A stretch of 64,000 bases of DNA from Octopus bimaculoides (lineage: Eukaryota). The DNA is taken from assembly GCF_001194135.2 (NCBI RefSeq), contig NC_069000.1, positions 10,776,912 through 10,840,911 of the forward strand, in the 5' to 3' direction. A program made the translations under genes and the position numbers. The notes under the pieces are model-generated. The model saw only the letters and a list, made by a program, of their open reading frames with translations, did not search any database and was not told the origin of the DNA. This document shows positions 25,801 through 38,055 of the stretch, one piece after another. Numbering within the stretch: the stretch's first letter is position 1; every line of letters starts with the position of its first letter.

Positions 25801-26434
25801 AAGTGTAATTGAATGAGTTAGTGTTAAGTATCTTTGCCAAATATATTACAAGACAGTTTTTGTGATGCAAGGGGGAACTATGGAAAGCCTTCAGCTGATG
25901 GGATTTCATACAATGTCTGCAACTCACCCAGCTGCAAAACTCTTAGCACTGTGGCTTAGAAAATTTAGAATTAAAAAAAATGATATAATAATTGGACATG
26001 ATGAGGTTTAAAGTCTCACCAACTAAACAATATGGAATTTATTACCAGAACAGTTCTAGCTCATGGTTTAGGAACACTGGAATGAATAAACATACTGTTT
26101 ATACGTCATAGCAAAAATTTCTTAGATTATTCGTGTTAATATGTGTTTAATTAATAGCATGCTGACTTCATTAAGTGGTGGCAAATTTAAACTTAAACTG
26201 GGAAACTATAAAAGCTATGAAATTTTCTTTTTGTCCGTGATTCACTATGTAAAACTACTTCATTAAAGCAGACACTTAAGTTGCCATAGAAGGGGCTGTT
26301 TGTTGCGGGAAACAAATGTATTTCTGTTATGGATGAACTCTGCAATTTGTATAACAATAAATTGATAGTGTGATACTGGAAATTTGCAACAAATAAACAA
26401 ATAAATTAATTAATAATGATAATTATTATTATTG

Positions 26435-26475
<41 letters not shown>

Positions 26476-27124
26476 TAGATATGGTGGTTGAGTGAGATAA
26501 TTTTTACAAGACCTCCATTCTTTTTATATTTTGTTTGTTTTTTTTTGTTTTGTTTATCTCTTTTTTTCACTTCAGTTTTTATATCGTAATTTAAAATTTA
26601 AAATTCAGCTTTGCTTTAAATTTAAAGAATGATAAGGAAGTTTTTTTTTTTTTTTTTACGTTTTGATTTCTCTTGTTGAAATATAGCCAAGATTTGTGAG
26701 GAAGGATTCAATGGATGCTGCTANNNNNNNNNNNNNNNNNNNNNNNNNNNNNNNNNNNNNNNNNNNNNNNNNNNNNNNNNNNNNNNNNNNNNNNNNNNNN
26801 NNNNNNNNNNNNNNNNNNNNNNNNNNNNNNNNNNNNNNNNNNNNNNNNNNNNNNNNNNNNNNNNNNNNNNNNNNNNNNNNNNNNNNNNNNNNNNNNNNNN
26901 NNNNNNNNNNNNNNNNNNNNNNNNNNNNNNNNNNNNNNNNNNNNNNNNNNNNNNNNNNNNNNNNNNNNNNNNNNNNNNNNNNNNNNNNNNNNNNNNNNNN
27001 NNNNNNNNNNNNNNNNNNNNNNNNNNNNNNNNNNNNNNNNNNNNNNNNNNNNNNNNNNNNNNNNNNNNNNNNNNNNNNNNNNNNNNNNNNNNNNNNNNNN
27101 NNNNNNNNNNNNNNNNNNNNNNNN

Positions 27125-27155
<31 letters not shown>

Positions 27156-27157
<2 letters not shown>

Positions 27158-27526
27158 TGCAGGCGTGGTTGTGTGGTAAGAAGTTTGCTTTTCCCAACTA
27201 CATGATTCCAGGTTCAGTTCCGCTGCTTGTCACCTTGGGTAAATGTCTACCACTATAGTCTTGGGCCATCCAAGGCCTTGTGAGTGGATTTGATGGACGG
27301 AAACTGGAAGAAACCTGTTGTATGTGTGTGTGTGTGTGTGTTTGAAAACTGTTGTTGATGTGTTTACATCCATAAACTTAGCAGTTTGGCAAAAGAGACT
27401 GATGGAATAAGTATTTGGCTTTAAAAAAAAAATGTACTGGGGTAAATTCCTTCAACTAAAAATTCTTCAGGGCAGTGCCCCAGCATGGCCACAGTCAAAA
27501 TGACTGAAACAAGTAAAATATAAAAG
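27156..27526 (+). mobile_element. Family A SINE
   Basis: GGTGCAGGCGTGGTTGTGTGG head to GACTGAAACAAGTAAA tail. Confidence 0.88.
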
Positions 27527-27586
27527 ATTGTAGGAAAGCAAGAAAAGTCTGGAAGGTAAAAGTTCTTAGTGATTGAGATACATGAA

Positions 27587-27912
27587 GGCACGTGGCCGAG
27601 TGGTTAGAGGTAATCAGTTCACAATCATAAGGTCGAGAGTTCGACTCCCTGCAGTGCATTTTGTCCTTGAGCAAGACACTTTATTTCATGTTGCTCCAGT
27701 CCACTCAGCTGGCAAAAATGAGTTGTACCTGTATTTCAAAGGGTCAGCCTTGTCACATCCTATGTCATGCTGAATCTCCCTGAGAACTACGTTAAGGATA
27801 TGTGTCTGTGGTCTGCGGAGTGCTCAGCCACTTGTTTGTTAATTTCACAAGCAGGCTGTTCTGTTGATCCAGATCAACTGGAACCCTCGTCGTCATGACC
27901 GACAGAGTGCCA
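27587..27912 (+). mobile_element. Family C tRNA-derived SINE
   Basis: A-box TGGCCGAGTGG, B-box GTTCGACTCC, body shared with 46354 and 58457. Confidence 0.85.
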
Positions 27913-28101
27913 ATATGTATAACGTGATGGATACACTGTAAGATGAAGTGGGAAAGAAGTCCATAGTGTTGATTTGGTTTAGATTGGTAAGTAAAATCCA
28001 TGGTATCACTAGTGAAAAACTTGCAATTTACGGAAACGGAGCATCTAGATAGCACTTCAGCTCAACCAATATATTGCCTGGAGCCAACTCTCATTTCGGT
28101 A

Positions 28102-28680
28102 GATCCTGCATCGCTGCACTTAATGTCGGGGTTTAAGCACTTGTTTAGCCAGAGCATTCGTTTGTGTGCACCTATTATCTATATGTCCGTCAACAACTTA
28201 TTACCTACTATTTACATGTGTGTGTGTAGAGAGAGAGAGAGAGAGATGGGTCATACCTGAACATCTTACCTGTTATTGTCTCCAATTTGGTTTTTTATGT
28301 AAATTATGTTTCGATTTATTATACCAAGCTGGTATTGGCTGAATTGTTTTGAAAACATGGGTATTTATATCTGTATTTTGAAGCATATATTTTGGCTGAT
28401 CCTGCACCGCTGCACTTAATGTCGGAGCTTAAGCACTTGTTTAGTTAGATCATTTGTTTGTGTGCACCTATTATCTACATGTCCTTCGATGTCTTATTAC
28501 CTACCATTTACGTGTGTATGTGTGTGGAGAGAGAGGGGATCATACCTGAACGTCTTACATGTTATTGTCTCCAATTTAGTTTTCTTTATGTAAATTATGT
28601 TTCCATCTTTTATACCAAGCTGGTATTGGCTGAATCGTTTCGCAGACATGGATATTTATATCTGTAGATTGAAGTACATT
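28102..28680. repeat. Diverged tandem dimer, ~296-bp unit
   Basis: GATCCTGCA..GCTGCACTTAATGTCGG at 28102 and 28398, colinear through TATACCAAGCTGGTATTGGCTGAAT. Confidence 0.9.
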
Positions 28681-30610
28681 CTTTTATTCTTTTACATGTT
28701 TCAGTCGTTTGGCAGTGGAGACAAGCACACACATATACATATATATATATATATATANNNNNNNNNNNNNNNNNNNNNNNNNNNNNNNNNNNNNNNNNNN
28801 NNNNNNNNNNNNNNNNNNNNNNNNNNNNNNNNNNNNNNNNNNNNNNNNNNNNNNNNNNNNNNNNNNNNNNNNNNNNNNNNNNNNNNNNNNNNNNNNNNNN
28901 NNNNNNNNNNNNNNNNNNNNNNNNNNNNNNNNNNNNNNNNNNNNNNNNNNNNNNNNNNNNNNNNNNNNNNNNNNNNNNNNNNNNNNNNNNNNNNNNNNNN
29001 NNNNNNNNNNNNNNNNNNNNCTAGGCTATAGTAGAAGACACTTGCCCAAGGTGCCATGCCATGGGACTGAACCCAGAACCATGTTGTTGAGAAGCAAGCT
29101 TCTTACCACACAGCAACTCCTACTCCTATATTTATTTTTTTTACTGATACAAATTCTTAAAACAAATGACGGGGGGGGGGGGAAATAACAAACCTAAACA
29201 CTCCCTCATATGTGAGTTAGGGCTGGAACAATTTTTAGTGAGTTATGTAAAAGCCTGGCACTTGGGTTAAGACACTCAATTACTGTCCACAACAGTCTTA
29301 AGTTTAAACTTCACACTAGCAATTGTGGTTTGCCTCTAAGAGCAGGTACATAAATAATGCTGATTTTCTCAGATTGTCTGACATTGGTGGGGTCTACCTG
29401 TGTCTACCTGTGATTAAGAAGCTGGTTGTAAGAGGATTCCAGTGAAAAATCAATTGTTTCAATAGCATGAAAATGTTTAAATTTGCCAAAATAATCCCAT
29501 CAGTGATCGTATGGATAAAATAGATATAAATAGTAATCTTATAAACAAATAGGGCGTGTACAAATGTGTCTGTGCATGTGTGTGTGTGTGTATGTGTGTT
29601 TAGACATTTTCTTTTTATTGGTTGAATACATTTTTATCTTTGAATGCAATTTGAAACNNNNNNNNNNTTTTTTTATGTTTAGTTTTAGTTCTAAAAATGT
29701 CAAATGTGACACTTGCTATGTAAAATATCTGTATTGGCTCTGAACTTGAAACTAGGATATGTGTGTGTGTGTATGTATGTATGTATGTATGTATACACAC
29801 ACACACACACACATACACACTCAGATGGAAACATTTAAACCAATAAAGATTACTAGTTGACTGGCTTCAGTCATCAGACTGAATCTGCGCTGGGGTACCT
29901 CCTGGCTTGAAGGGTCTCATCAATGAAATCAATCCCAGTACTTATTTTTTGTTTTTAAAGTTTGGTACTTATTTTATTGGTCTTTTTTTGTTTGTTTTTG
30001 CCGAACTGCTGAGTTACAGGGACATAAACAAACCGATACCGGTTGTCAAACGGTGTTCAGGGGGACAAAAACAAAGGCACACACATATTCATGCACATGT
30101 ATGTATGTATGTATGTGTGAGTATGCATGACATATGAACCATTCCACATCTCTGTGGTGCAATTTTGCCTTTTTCCCCCCACGTTTTCCATCTACATCAA
30201 TCAAATACAACAAAATTTAATGTGATATGTTTGTTGTTAACTCTTTTCCCCTTTCAGTACTGTGCTTTAGAGCTGAAGTAACCCTTATTTATATAATTTC
30301 TACACCAGTTTCTTTGCTACATATCCATGGGTTTTTCTACAAAGCTATTTTGAAGTGCTAGCGGCTACACTTGTGGAATTTCTGGTCAGTTTCTTATTCA
30401 AGCTACACACAGTCAAAACTATGACATTTTGGAATTCAAATTCTGCCACCCAGCAGGATATGAAAACACTGATAGCTGTAGTAACCAGGGCTCAGGAATC
30501 ACGCATTGAACAGACCTTCAGTAAATTTTCCCTTTCAATGTAAGAGATTGCTGCTCTTTCCTTAACATGTTGTTTTATCATGTCTATTATGAAATATCAA
30601 AGCCACTCTC

Positions 30611-31225
30611 TTAACTCAAGCATTCAGATTATTCTGTTGAATGTAATGCTTATTTATTCACATTATTTTGAATCAATCATGCTTTATCTCATAGTGGTGT
30701 GGTTGTGGATTTTTAGAATAACATTGTAGCGTAGGTGTGAGAGACCAGATCTAGCTTGTTTGAGCATAAAATAGGTGGAATATCTGGGCCTGATATGGAT
30801 GGCTTAAACACTGAAGGTTTAATCCTTTGGCATTTAGATTATTCTACCAAATGTAATGCTTATTTATTCACATTGTTTTGAATTAAACATGCTTTATCTT
30901 GTAGCTTTGAGATTTCACTGATGTGATTGTTTATTTTTAGAATGACATTGTGGGATAGGTGTGAGATGCTGGATCTGGCTGGTTTGAACATAAAAGCAAG
31001 GGTACAATATTTGGGTTTGATATGGCTGATTACTCCCTTACAATGTTAAGCATATTTGTTCACATTGTTTTGACTTAAGCGTGTATTATCCTGTAGTTTC
31101 AAGAGGAGGTTATTACTTTTAGACTGACATTGTAAGGTATGTGTGAAAGGCCAGATCCAGCTGGTTTGAACTTAAAAACGAATATTTTAGGCTACACATG
31201 ACCAGTTTAAATGCTAAAGGGTTAA
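30611..31225 (+). mobile_element. Three head-to-tail M1 TTAA MITE copies
   Basis: Units start at TTAA 30611, TTAA 30819 and a decayed junction near 31030; array ends GCTAAAGGG-TTAA 31225. Confidence 0.8.
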
Positions 31226-31299
31226 AGTAGTTAGTTAATTTGGTCATTGAAACTGCTCAAGGGTACATGTAGTATTAACTCTCACATATTGGTTTTATA

Positions 31300-31497
31300 T
31301 TTTGGCATAAGGTCAGTAATTTATCAGGAGCGGGGAGTTGGTTATATTGACCCCAGTTCTCAGCTGCTACTTATTTTATCGATCTCAAAAAAGACAAAGT
31401 TGACTTCAGTGGAATTTGAACTCTGAATGTAAAAACGGACGAAATATTGCCAAGCAATTTGCTCAGCATGAGAATGTTTCTTCCAGCTGGCCACCTT
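31300..31497 (-). mobile_element. Family B SINE
   Basis: Reverse complement of family B. Confidence 0.75.
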
Positions 31498-31614
31498 ATT
31501 AACTCTCACATATCATAGAGATTGTCAGAAAATATTATTTATAAAGTAAACATTATAATTAGTTTGCCAGCATAGAATACTGATGCTAAATAATGACAAT
31601 GATGGTGGTGGTGG

Positions 31615-31647
<33 letters not shown>

Positions 31648-32154
31648 AATTATAGTATTTTGTTTAGTTTGAAATTCACTTATTTTACATTCATTGCACA
31701 TATCTTTCTCAAAGGAAATCAGATTCAAGGTCAGTTTGTAAATGTAAATGAGAATGAAATATTTTTATCATCCTCAGTGTATTTTGTTTTAAGTTACATA
31801 TGAACTTGGTCGATGCTGGATGGATGGATGGACGGACGGACGGACGGACACACTGCTAATGGTAAATAATAAATAACTAGCTGAAATTATGCACAATAGA
31901 GTACTAGAGATAATGTTTGTAATCTTGGTGTTGTGCATTTAGAATGATATTTCATGGCCCTAAACAAAAGCGTATTTATTTTATGCAGTGCTGGAGGATT
32001 AACTAAGAATCAATAATAACCTAGCATGTTGAACAAAATGGTGTATGAATATGAAATAATTTATGCTTTCCTTTATTGATGTGATAAATATGCCAGTTTC
32101 ATTTTGGGATTTCTGTGAATATACAATTTGTATTACATGAATTATAATTACTGC

Positions 32155-32330
32155 TCATTATTAACTCTGCATGCGTAGGCAAAGCCAAGTTATTGTAATC
32201 GCTCGTCTTTGTCTGTGTGTTTGCAAAATTACTGGAAAACAGCTGAATGGATTTTCACCAAATTTGGCAAAAATACTCATTGGGTGAGTGGCTTGAACTC
32301 ATTAAATTTTAGTTCAATTATCTTCAAAAC
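32155..32330 (+). mobile_element. Second, diverged HINE-like element fragment
   Basis: GTCTGTGTGTTTGCAAAATTACTGGAAAACAGCTGAATGGATTTTCACCAAATTTGG resembles the core of the 942-1303 element. Confidence 0.4.
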
Positions 32331-32584
32331 TGGTGGATGAGTGAATCAAACACTCTTGGAGTGGTTGGCGTTAGAAAAGGCATCCAGCTGTAGAAACTTT
32401 GCCAAATTAGATTGGAGTCTGGTGCAGCCTCCCAGCTTGCCAGTTCTCAGTCAAACCGTCCAATCCATGCCAGCATGGAAAGTGGACATTAAACGATGAG
32501 TACATGTGTCTGTGGAGTACTCGTCCAATTTGCTCTTTAATGTGTAGGTAGTTCCACCAATCAAACAGCTGCAATACTCAATAT

Positions 32585-32795
32585 TGGTTTCAAATTTTGG
32601 CACAAGGCCAGCAGTTTTGGTGAAGTGGATAAGTTAATTACATTGAGTCCATTGCTCAAGCGGTACTTATGTTATTGACCCTGAAAGAGTGTAAGCCAAA
32701 GTCGATCTCAGCGGAGTTTGAACTCAGAATGTATAGACAGACAAAATGTCGCTGTTTTGCCCATAGTGGTAACAACTTTGCCAGCTCACTGCCTT
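32585..32795 (-). mobile_element. Family B SINE
   Basis: Ends TGCCAGCTCACTGCC (reverse head). Confidence 0.8.
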
Positions 32796-32912
32796 AGAAA
32801 ATACTCAATATCGAGTCCTCATTTGCATTCCTTTAGCTTTTTTACTCCTTCTCTCATGAATAGTCATGTGAAAATATACTTGTGTGAAATATGAATATAT
32901 ATATATGTGTTT

Positions 32913-33057
32913 GTGGTTGGCGTCAGGAAGGGCATCCAGCTGTAGAAACTCTGCCAAATTAGATTGGAGCCTGGTGTTGCCATCCGGTTTCACCAGTCCT
33001 CAGTCAAATCGTCCAACCCATGCTAGCATGGAAAGCGGACGTTAAACGATGATGATG
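32913..33057 (+). mobile_element. Family E 3' fragment, young subfamily
   Basis: Near-identical to the reverse complement of 42190-42327. Confidence 0.88.
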
Positions 33058-33829
33058 AAATTTCACCTAATTTCCCTTATAATTAAGATAGCTACTGCAA
33101 TCAGTTGTATTTTAATGATGTGCACTGTTGTCTTTTTATCTATATCTATCCACCTATCTCCGTATATGTGCCTATTAAGTCTGGCTGTCTCTTCAAAAGT
33201 ATGCCTGTCTACCTACCTAAAGACGTTTATATCACTGTCTACTTTGTTTGAAAGTGTATGACTGACTGCCTATATAAAAGTGTCTGACTGTTTATCTCTA
33301 CAAGCGTGTATATCTGTCTACTTCATATACTCTGCCTATATACAAATGCATGCATACAAGTGTCTCTATGTATGTATGTGTGTACGTTACTACAGCTTGT
33401 TTCTGTCCTCTGACTTCTTGCCTATCAATCTCTATATGTCTCTTCTATTTTTATTAACTTTTCTTCTCTTGTCTGGCTACTCACATGAGAGAGAGAAGAG
33501 AGACGGTGAATCCATATGTTTTTCCGTTAGCCATTTATATCTTTGCTTTTTGGTCCGTCTACACATCATCATCATCATCATCATCATCATTTTGATTTTA
33601 TTTCTTGCTTGTTATTATAATTTTTGTCCTCGCCAACCATCAACTCTGTCTATGATATTATCCGTTTGTCTTCCAGCAAATCTTATATTTGTCTATCTTT
33701 TGCATATCTGTTAATTACTTACTTATTGTATTCAGAGTACAATCGTTTATTATTATTATATTTTATTTATTTATTTTTTTTTGGTTTCCTGTTTTGGCTT
33801 TTTAATTTAGAATTGATCAACAGTAATAT

Positions 33830-33865
<36 letters not shown>

Positions 33866-34014
33866 CTGTTATGACAAATATGATTTTTAAACATATTTTT
33901 ATAATAATGATTTAAGATGATGAAGACCCACCACCAACGGCCCCAGTTTCTCACATAGGTACAAATTTAGGGGAGAGTACTGCCAATTATGTCATACTTG
34001 TACTTGAGTGGTGT

Positions 34015-34213
34015 TTAACCCTTTAGTGTTCAAATTACTCTGAGGAATATAAAGCTTATTTATTCACATTGGTTTGAATTAATCATGTATTACCTCTTAG
34101 CTTCAAGATTTTGATGATGTCAATGTTTATTTTTAGAATGACATTGTAGGGTAAGTGTGAGAGGCCAAATATAGCTGTTCTGGACACAAATAGAATTTTG
34201 GGGCCAGATATAG
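34015..34213 (+). mobile_element. M1 TTAA MITE, right end missing
   Basis: TTAACCCTTTAGTGTTCAAATTACTCTG start, M1 body. Confidence 0.7.
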
Positions 34214-34328
34214 ACAGGAAATAAAAGTTGATTGTAAGTAAATACTTGTGACTTAGCTGGAGTTTTCTATTGCTTTTCCGTATTAAAATATTGCATAATG
34301 AAATCAGTCCATTCTTTTTGAATAACCT

Positions 34329-34363
<35 letters not shown>

Positions 34364-34935
34364 NNNNNNNNNNNNNNNNNNNNNNNNNNNNNNNNNNNNN
34401 NNNNNNNNNNNNNNNNNNNNNNNNNNNNNNNNNNNNNNNNNNNNNNNNNNNNNNNNNNNNNNNNNNNNNNNNNNNNNNNNNNNNNNNNNNNNNNNNNNNN
34501 NNNNNNNNNNNNNNNNNNNNNNNNNNNNNNNNNNNNNNNNNNNNNNNNNNNNNNNNNNNNNNNNNNNNNNNNNNNNNNNNNNNNNNNNNNNNNNNNNNNN
34601 NNNNNNNNNNNNNNNNNNNNNNNNNNNNNNNNNNNNNNNNNNNNNNNNNNNNNNNNNNNNNNNNNNNNNNNNNNNNNNNAACCCCAGTACACAACTGGTA
34701 CTTAATTTATCGACCCCAAAAATATGAAAGGCAAAGTCGATCTCGGCGGAATTTGAACTCAGAACGTAAAGACAGATAAAATACTGCTAAGCATTTCGCC
34801 CAGCATGCTAACGATTCTGCCAGCTCACCACCTTGGACATCTCTAAATACTGTACAAACCAATGAAAGAGCCTCTCTGTGGTTGTTTAAGTTTACTAGAA
34901 ATAGCAGTTAAAACCCTTTCAAATTACTCCCCAAA

Positions 34936-35336
34936 GGTGCAGGCATGGCTGTGTGGTAAGAAGTTTCCTTCCCAACTACATGGTTCTGGGTTCAGTCCTA
35001 TTGTGTAGCATTTTGGATAACTGTCTCTTACTAAAGCCCTGAACTGACCAAAAGCTTGTGAGTGAATTTGGTAGATGGAAGCTAAAAGAAGCCTGTTGTT
35101 TAGATATGTGTGTGTGTGTGTCTTTGTGTCTGTTTTTGTTCCCTGCCATTACTTGACAACTAGTGTTGGTCTGTTTACATCCCCGTAACTTAGTAGTTCA
35201 GCAAAAAAGATGGATAGAGTAAGTATCAGGCTTAAAATAAGAAAGAAAAATAGGTCCTGAGGTTAATTCATTCGACTAAAAATTCTTCAAGGCAGTGGCC
35301 CCAGCATGGCCACAATCTAACGACTGAAACAAGTAA
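34936..35336 (+). mobile_element. Family A SINE
   Basis: Colinear head to tail. Confidence 0.85.
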
Positions 35337-36407
35337 TATGGATAATATGGTACTTTGTTCCTTGTAGATAGAGAGAAAAAAAAAGGGGGGGTGGCCACGG
35401 CTGGAATGCTTTTGATTAACAGCAACAACTAAATACTGCCAGGCACTTTACTCTAGTAGCTAATAACGACGGTAATAATGAAGGTCAGAGATAAAATATG
35501 ACAGCTAAATACCTTGGCCTGTAAGTTGTTTAATCAGCTAAGCTAATTACTTTGTCTGTATAATTATATTCTATTAGTTACTTTGTTCATTCAAGTCTTT
35601 CTCTTGAATATATTCATGAAATACTTGTTTGCCTCTCCACCCCTCCACCCCCATTTTTTTTTTTCCTTTTTGAAGTCTAATTTACTGTTATTTACTGTGT
35701 TTCTTTTGCTTCTGCTTTTTCTTCTCTACCAAACAATCTGGACTCTGTCGCAAACAACTCTTGTATGTCTGTGTGGTTATTTTTGTGTAATACAAGGCAA
35801 AAGGCATTCAGGACCCTGATAGAAATAGGATTTTAGATATTGCTGCTATTCAGACCATCCCAAAAAATCAAATCCTTTCGCTGCCCCACACCCACCCTCA
35901 GTTTTGCCTCCAGCCTTCCTCTCAGTTCTTCATATTATTATTATGTCTATATAGCACCCCAGCGGTTTCCATGTCTACATCGTTCTTTCTTTAGGTATTC
36001 TTACCACACAGCAATTCATGATTATCTCTGATAGGTGAAACCACCCCGCTATTGGTTCTAGTTGTACTTAAGCCACTGCACTTTTATCATACAGGTACAA
36101 CACTGAATTTCTGAACATTGAGGGCCTGGAACATAATCTGCACTAATTTACAAGTAGGAACTTCAAACTCTCATGCCCTCCAGACAAGTTTACTGAATCC
36201 TTGCTCAGTACGATATTAATAAACTTGTATTGTTTATATTGATGTGCAGGTACCTGTATTACATTCAATTATTAAAGCAGAATTAATATTTGTTTGATTT
36301 AGAGAGTGTCGGCCAAGGGGACCTTCCCTGGCTTGGGAAAGGGCTTTGAAACCAAAAGTTCCTGAAAATCAGTGTAGAATAATATATCTATATTATTAAA
36401 CCTGTCT

Positions 36408-36620
36408 AAGGTGGTGAGCTGGCAGAATCATTAGCACGCCGGGCAAAATACTTAGTGGCATTTCGTCTGGCTTTACATTCTGAGTTCAAATTCTGCCAAG
36501 GTCGACTTTGTCTTTCATCCTTTCAGTATCAATAAGTCCCAGTCAAGCACTGGGGTCAATGAGATCAACTGTCATCCACTCCTCAAAATTCCAGGCCTTG
36601 TGTTTATAGTAGAAAGGATT
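36408..36620 (+). mobile_element. Family B SINE, full length
   Basis: GGTGGTGAGCTGGCAGAATCATTAGCACG head, GAGTTCAAATTC B-box, AGTAGAAAGGATTA tail. Confidence 0.88.
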
Positions 36621-37464
36621 AAACCTGTCTGTCTGCTGTCTTTTCTTCACTTCACAAGTACTTTAGGTGGTGGAATTCTGATATAGAACAATTTTGCAAA
36701 CGTGACTAGCTTTAACCTATTAGAAATAGCAGCTACATTTCCTTCAAATCATATTCTGTCATGTTTTGAAGTTGGTGGAATGGGTACCATTAAATAATGC
36801 AGTCAGAGTACATAACAACTACAAAAAGAAAAAAAAAAAGGCAGCAAAAGTGGTATGGCCACAGCTTGTCTTTGATCATACTCAATCAGGACTGACCTGG
36901 GGCTAAACAACAGCTTATATGAACTTGGAATAATAGAATAAAAAACATTATTTCATTAAAATAAAGCGAGTGATTATTCAAATTATAAATAAATTTATCT
37001 TGTTAAGACCAGGCGACACTGGAAGCACCTGTTTTTCTTTCCTTACTGTTGCCAAAGCTAAGAGGCATTATGATAATTAATTAAATATGTGAGTCGTTAG
37101 GAAATCCATCAGAGACATTAGTTGTTGCTTGTTATTCAGCACCAGTCGTGATTGTCCATCAAATGAATGATAGTTGTCTAGGAAGAGAGCCTGGTGAGAA
37201 AATGGTAATTATGCAATTCACAATCTAAACCATCAAAATAAATAACAGCTGTTGCTATGTAGATGCTGGCATAGTTGTGTGGATTCAGACCTTGCTTTGT
37301 AACCACGTATTTCAGTGTTTCATCTCAGAGTATGTCACCTTGGGCAAGCAATTTGCCTTGTCAGTGAAATTGGTAGATGGTAACTGTATGGAAGCCCATG
37401 TGTGTGTGGGTGAGTGGTTGTATGCATTCTGTGTCTTTGCATAACACTAAGCAAAGCAGTGATG

Positions 37465-37801
37465 TTACTCTTTTACTCTTTTACTTGTTTCAGTCATTTG
37501 ACTGCAGCCATGCTGGAGCACCGCCTTTAGTCGAGCACATCGATCCCGGGACTTATTTTTTGTAAGCTTAGTACTTATTCTATTGGTCTCTTTTGCCGAA
37601 CCGCTAAGTGACGGGGACATAAACACACCAGCATCGGTTGTCAAGCAATGCTAGGGGGACAAACACAAACACACACACACACACACATATATACACATAT
37701 ATACGACGGACTTCTTTCAGTTTCCGTCTACCAAATCCACTCACAAGGCTTTGGTTGGCCCGAGGCTATAGTAGAAGACACTTGCCCAAGGTGCCACGCA
37801 G
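37465..37801 (-). mobile_element. Family A SINE, young, 5' truncated
   Basis: Near-consensus reverse copy with (TTACTCTT)n tail. Confidence 0.9.
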
Positions 37802-37872
37802 TTTTCCACACATTGCAGGAGATTGATAATTCTTTGTAAGTGAAATTAGTAGATAGGAAATGGTTAGAAGAC

Positions 37873-38055
37873 TTGACCCTTTAGCATTTAACTTGGTCTG
37901 ATCCGACCTCTCACACCTACCCTACAATGTTATTCAGAAATAAACAATCACATCCTTGAAATCTCAAGGCTACAAGATAAATACATGATTAATTCAAAAC
38001 ATTGTGAATAAATAAGCATGACATTTGACATAGTTATCTGAATGCTAAAGAGTTA
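37873..38055 (-). mobile_element. M1 TTAA MITE
   Basis: ACCCTTTAGCATTTAA...CTGAATGCTAAAGAGTTA. Confidence 0.75.
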
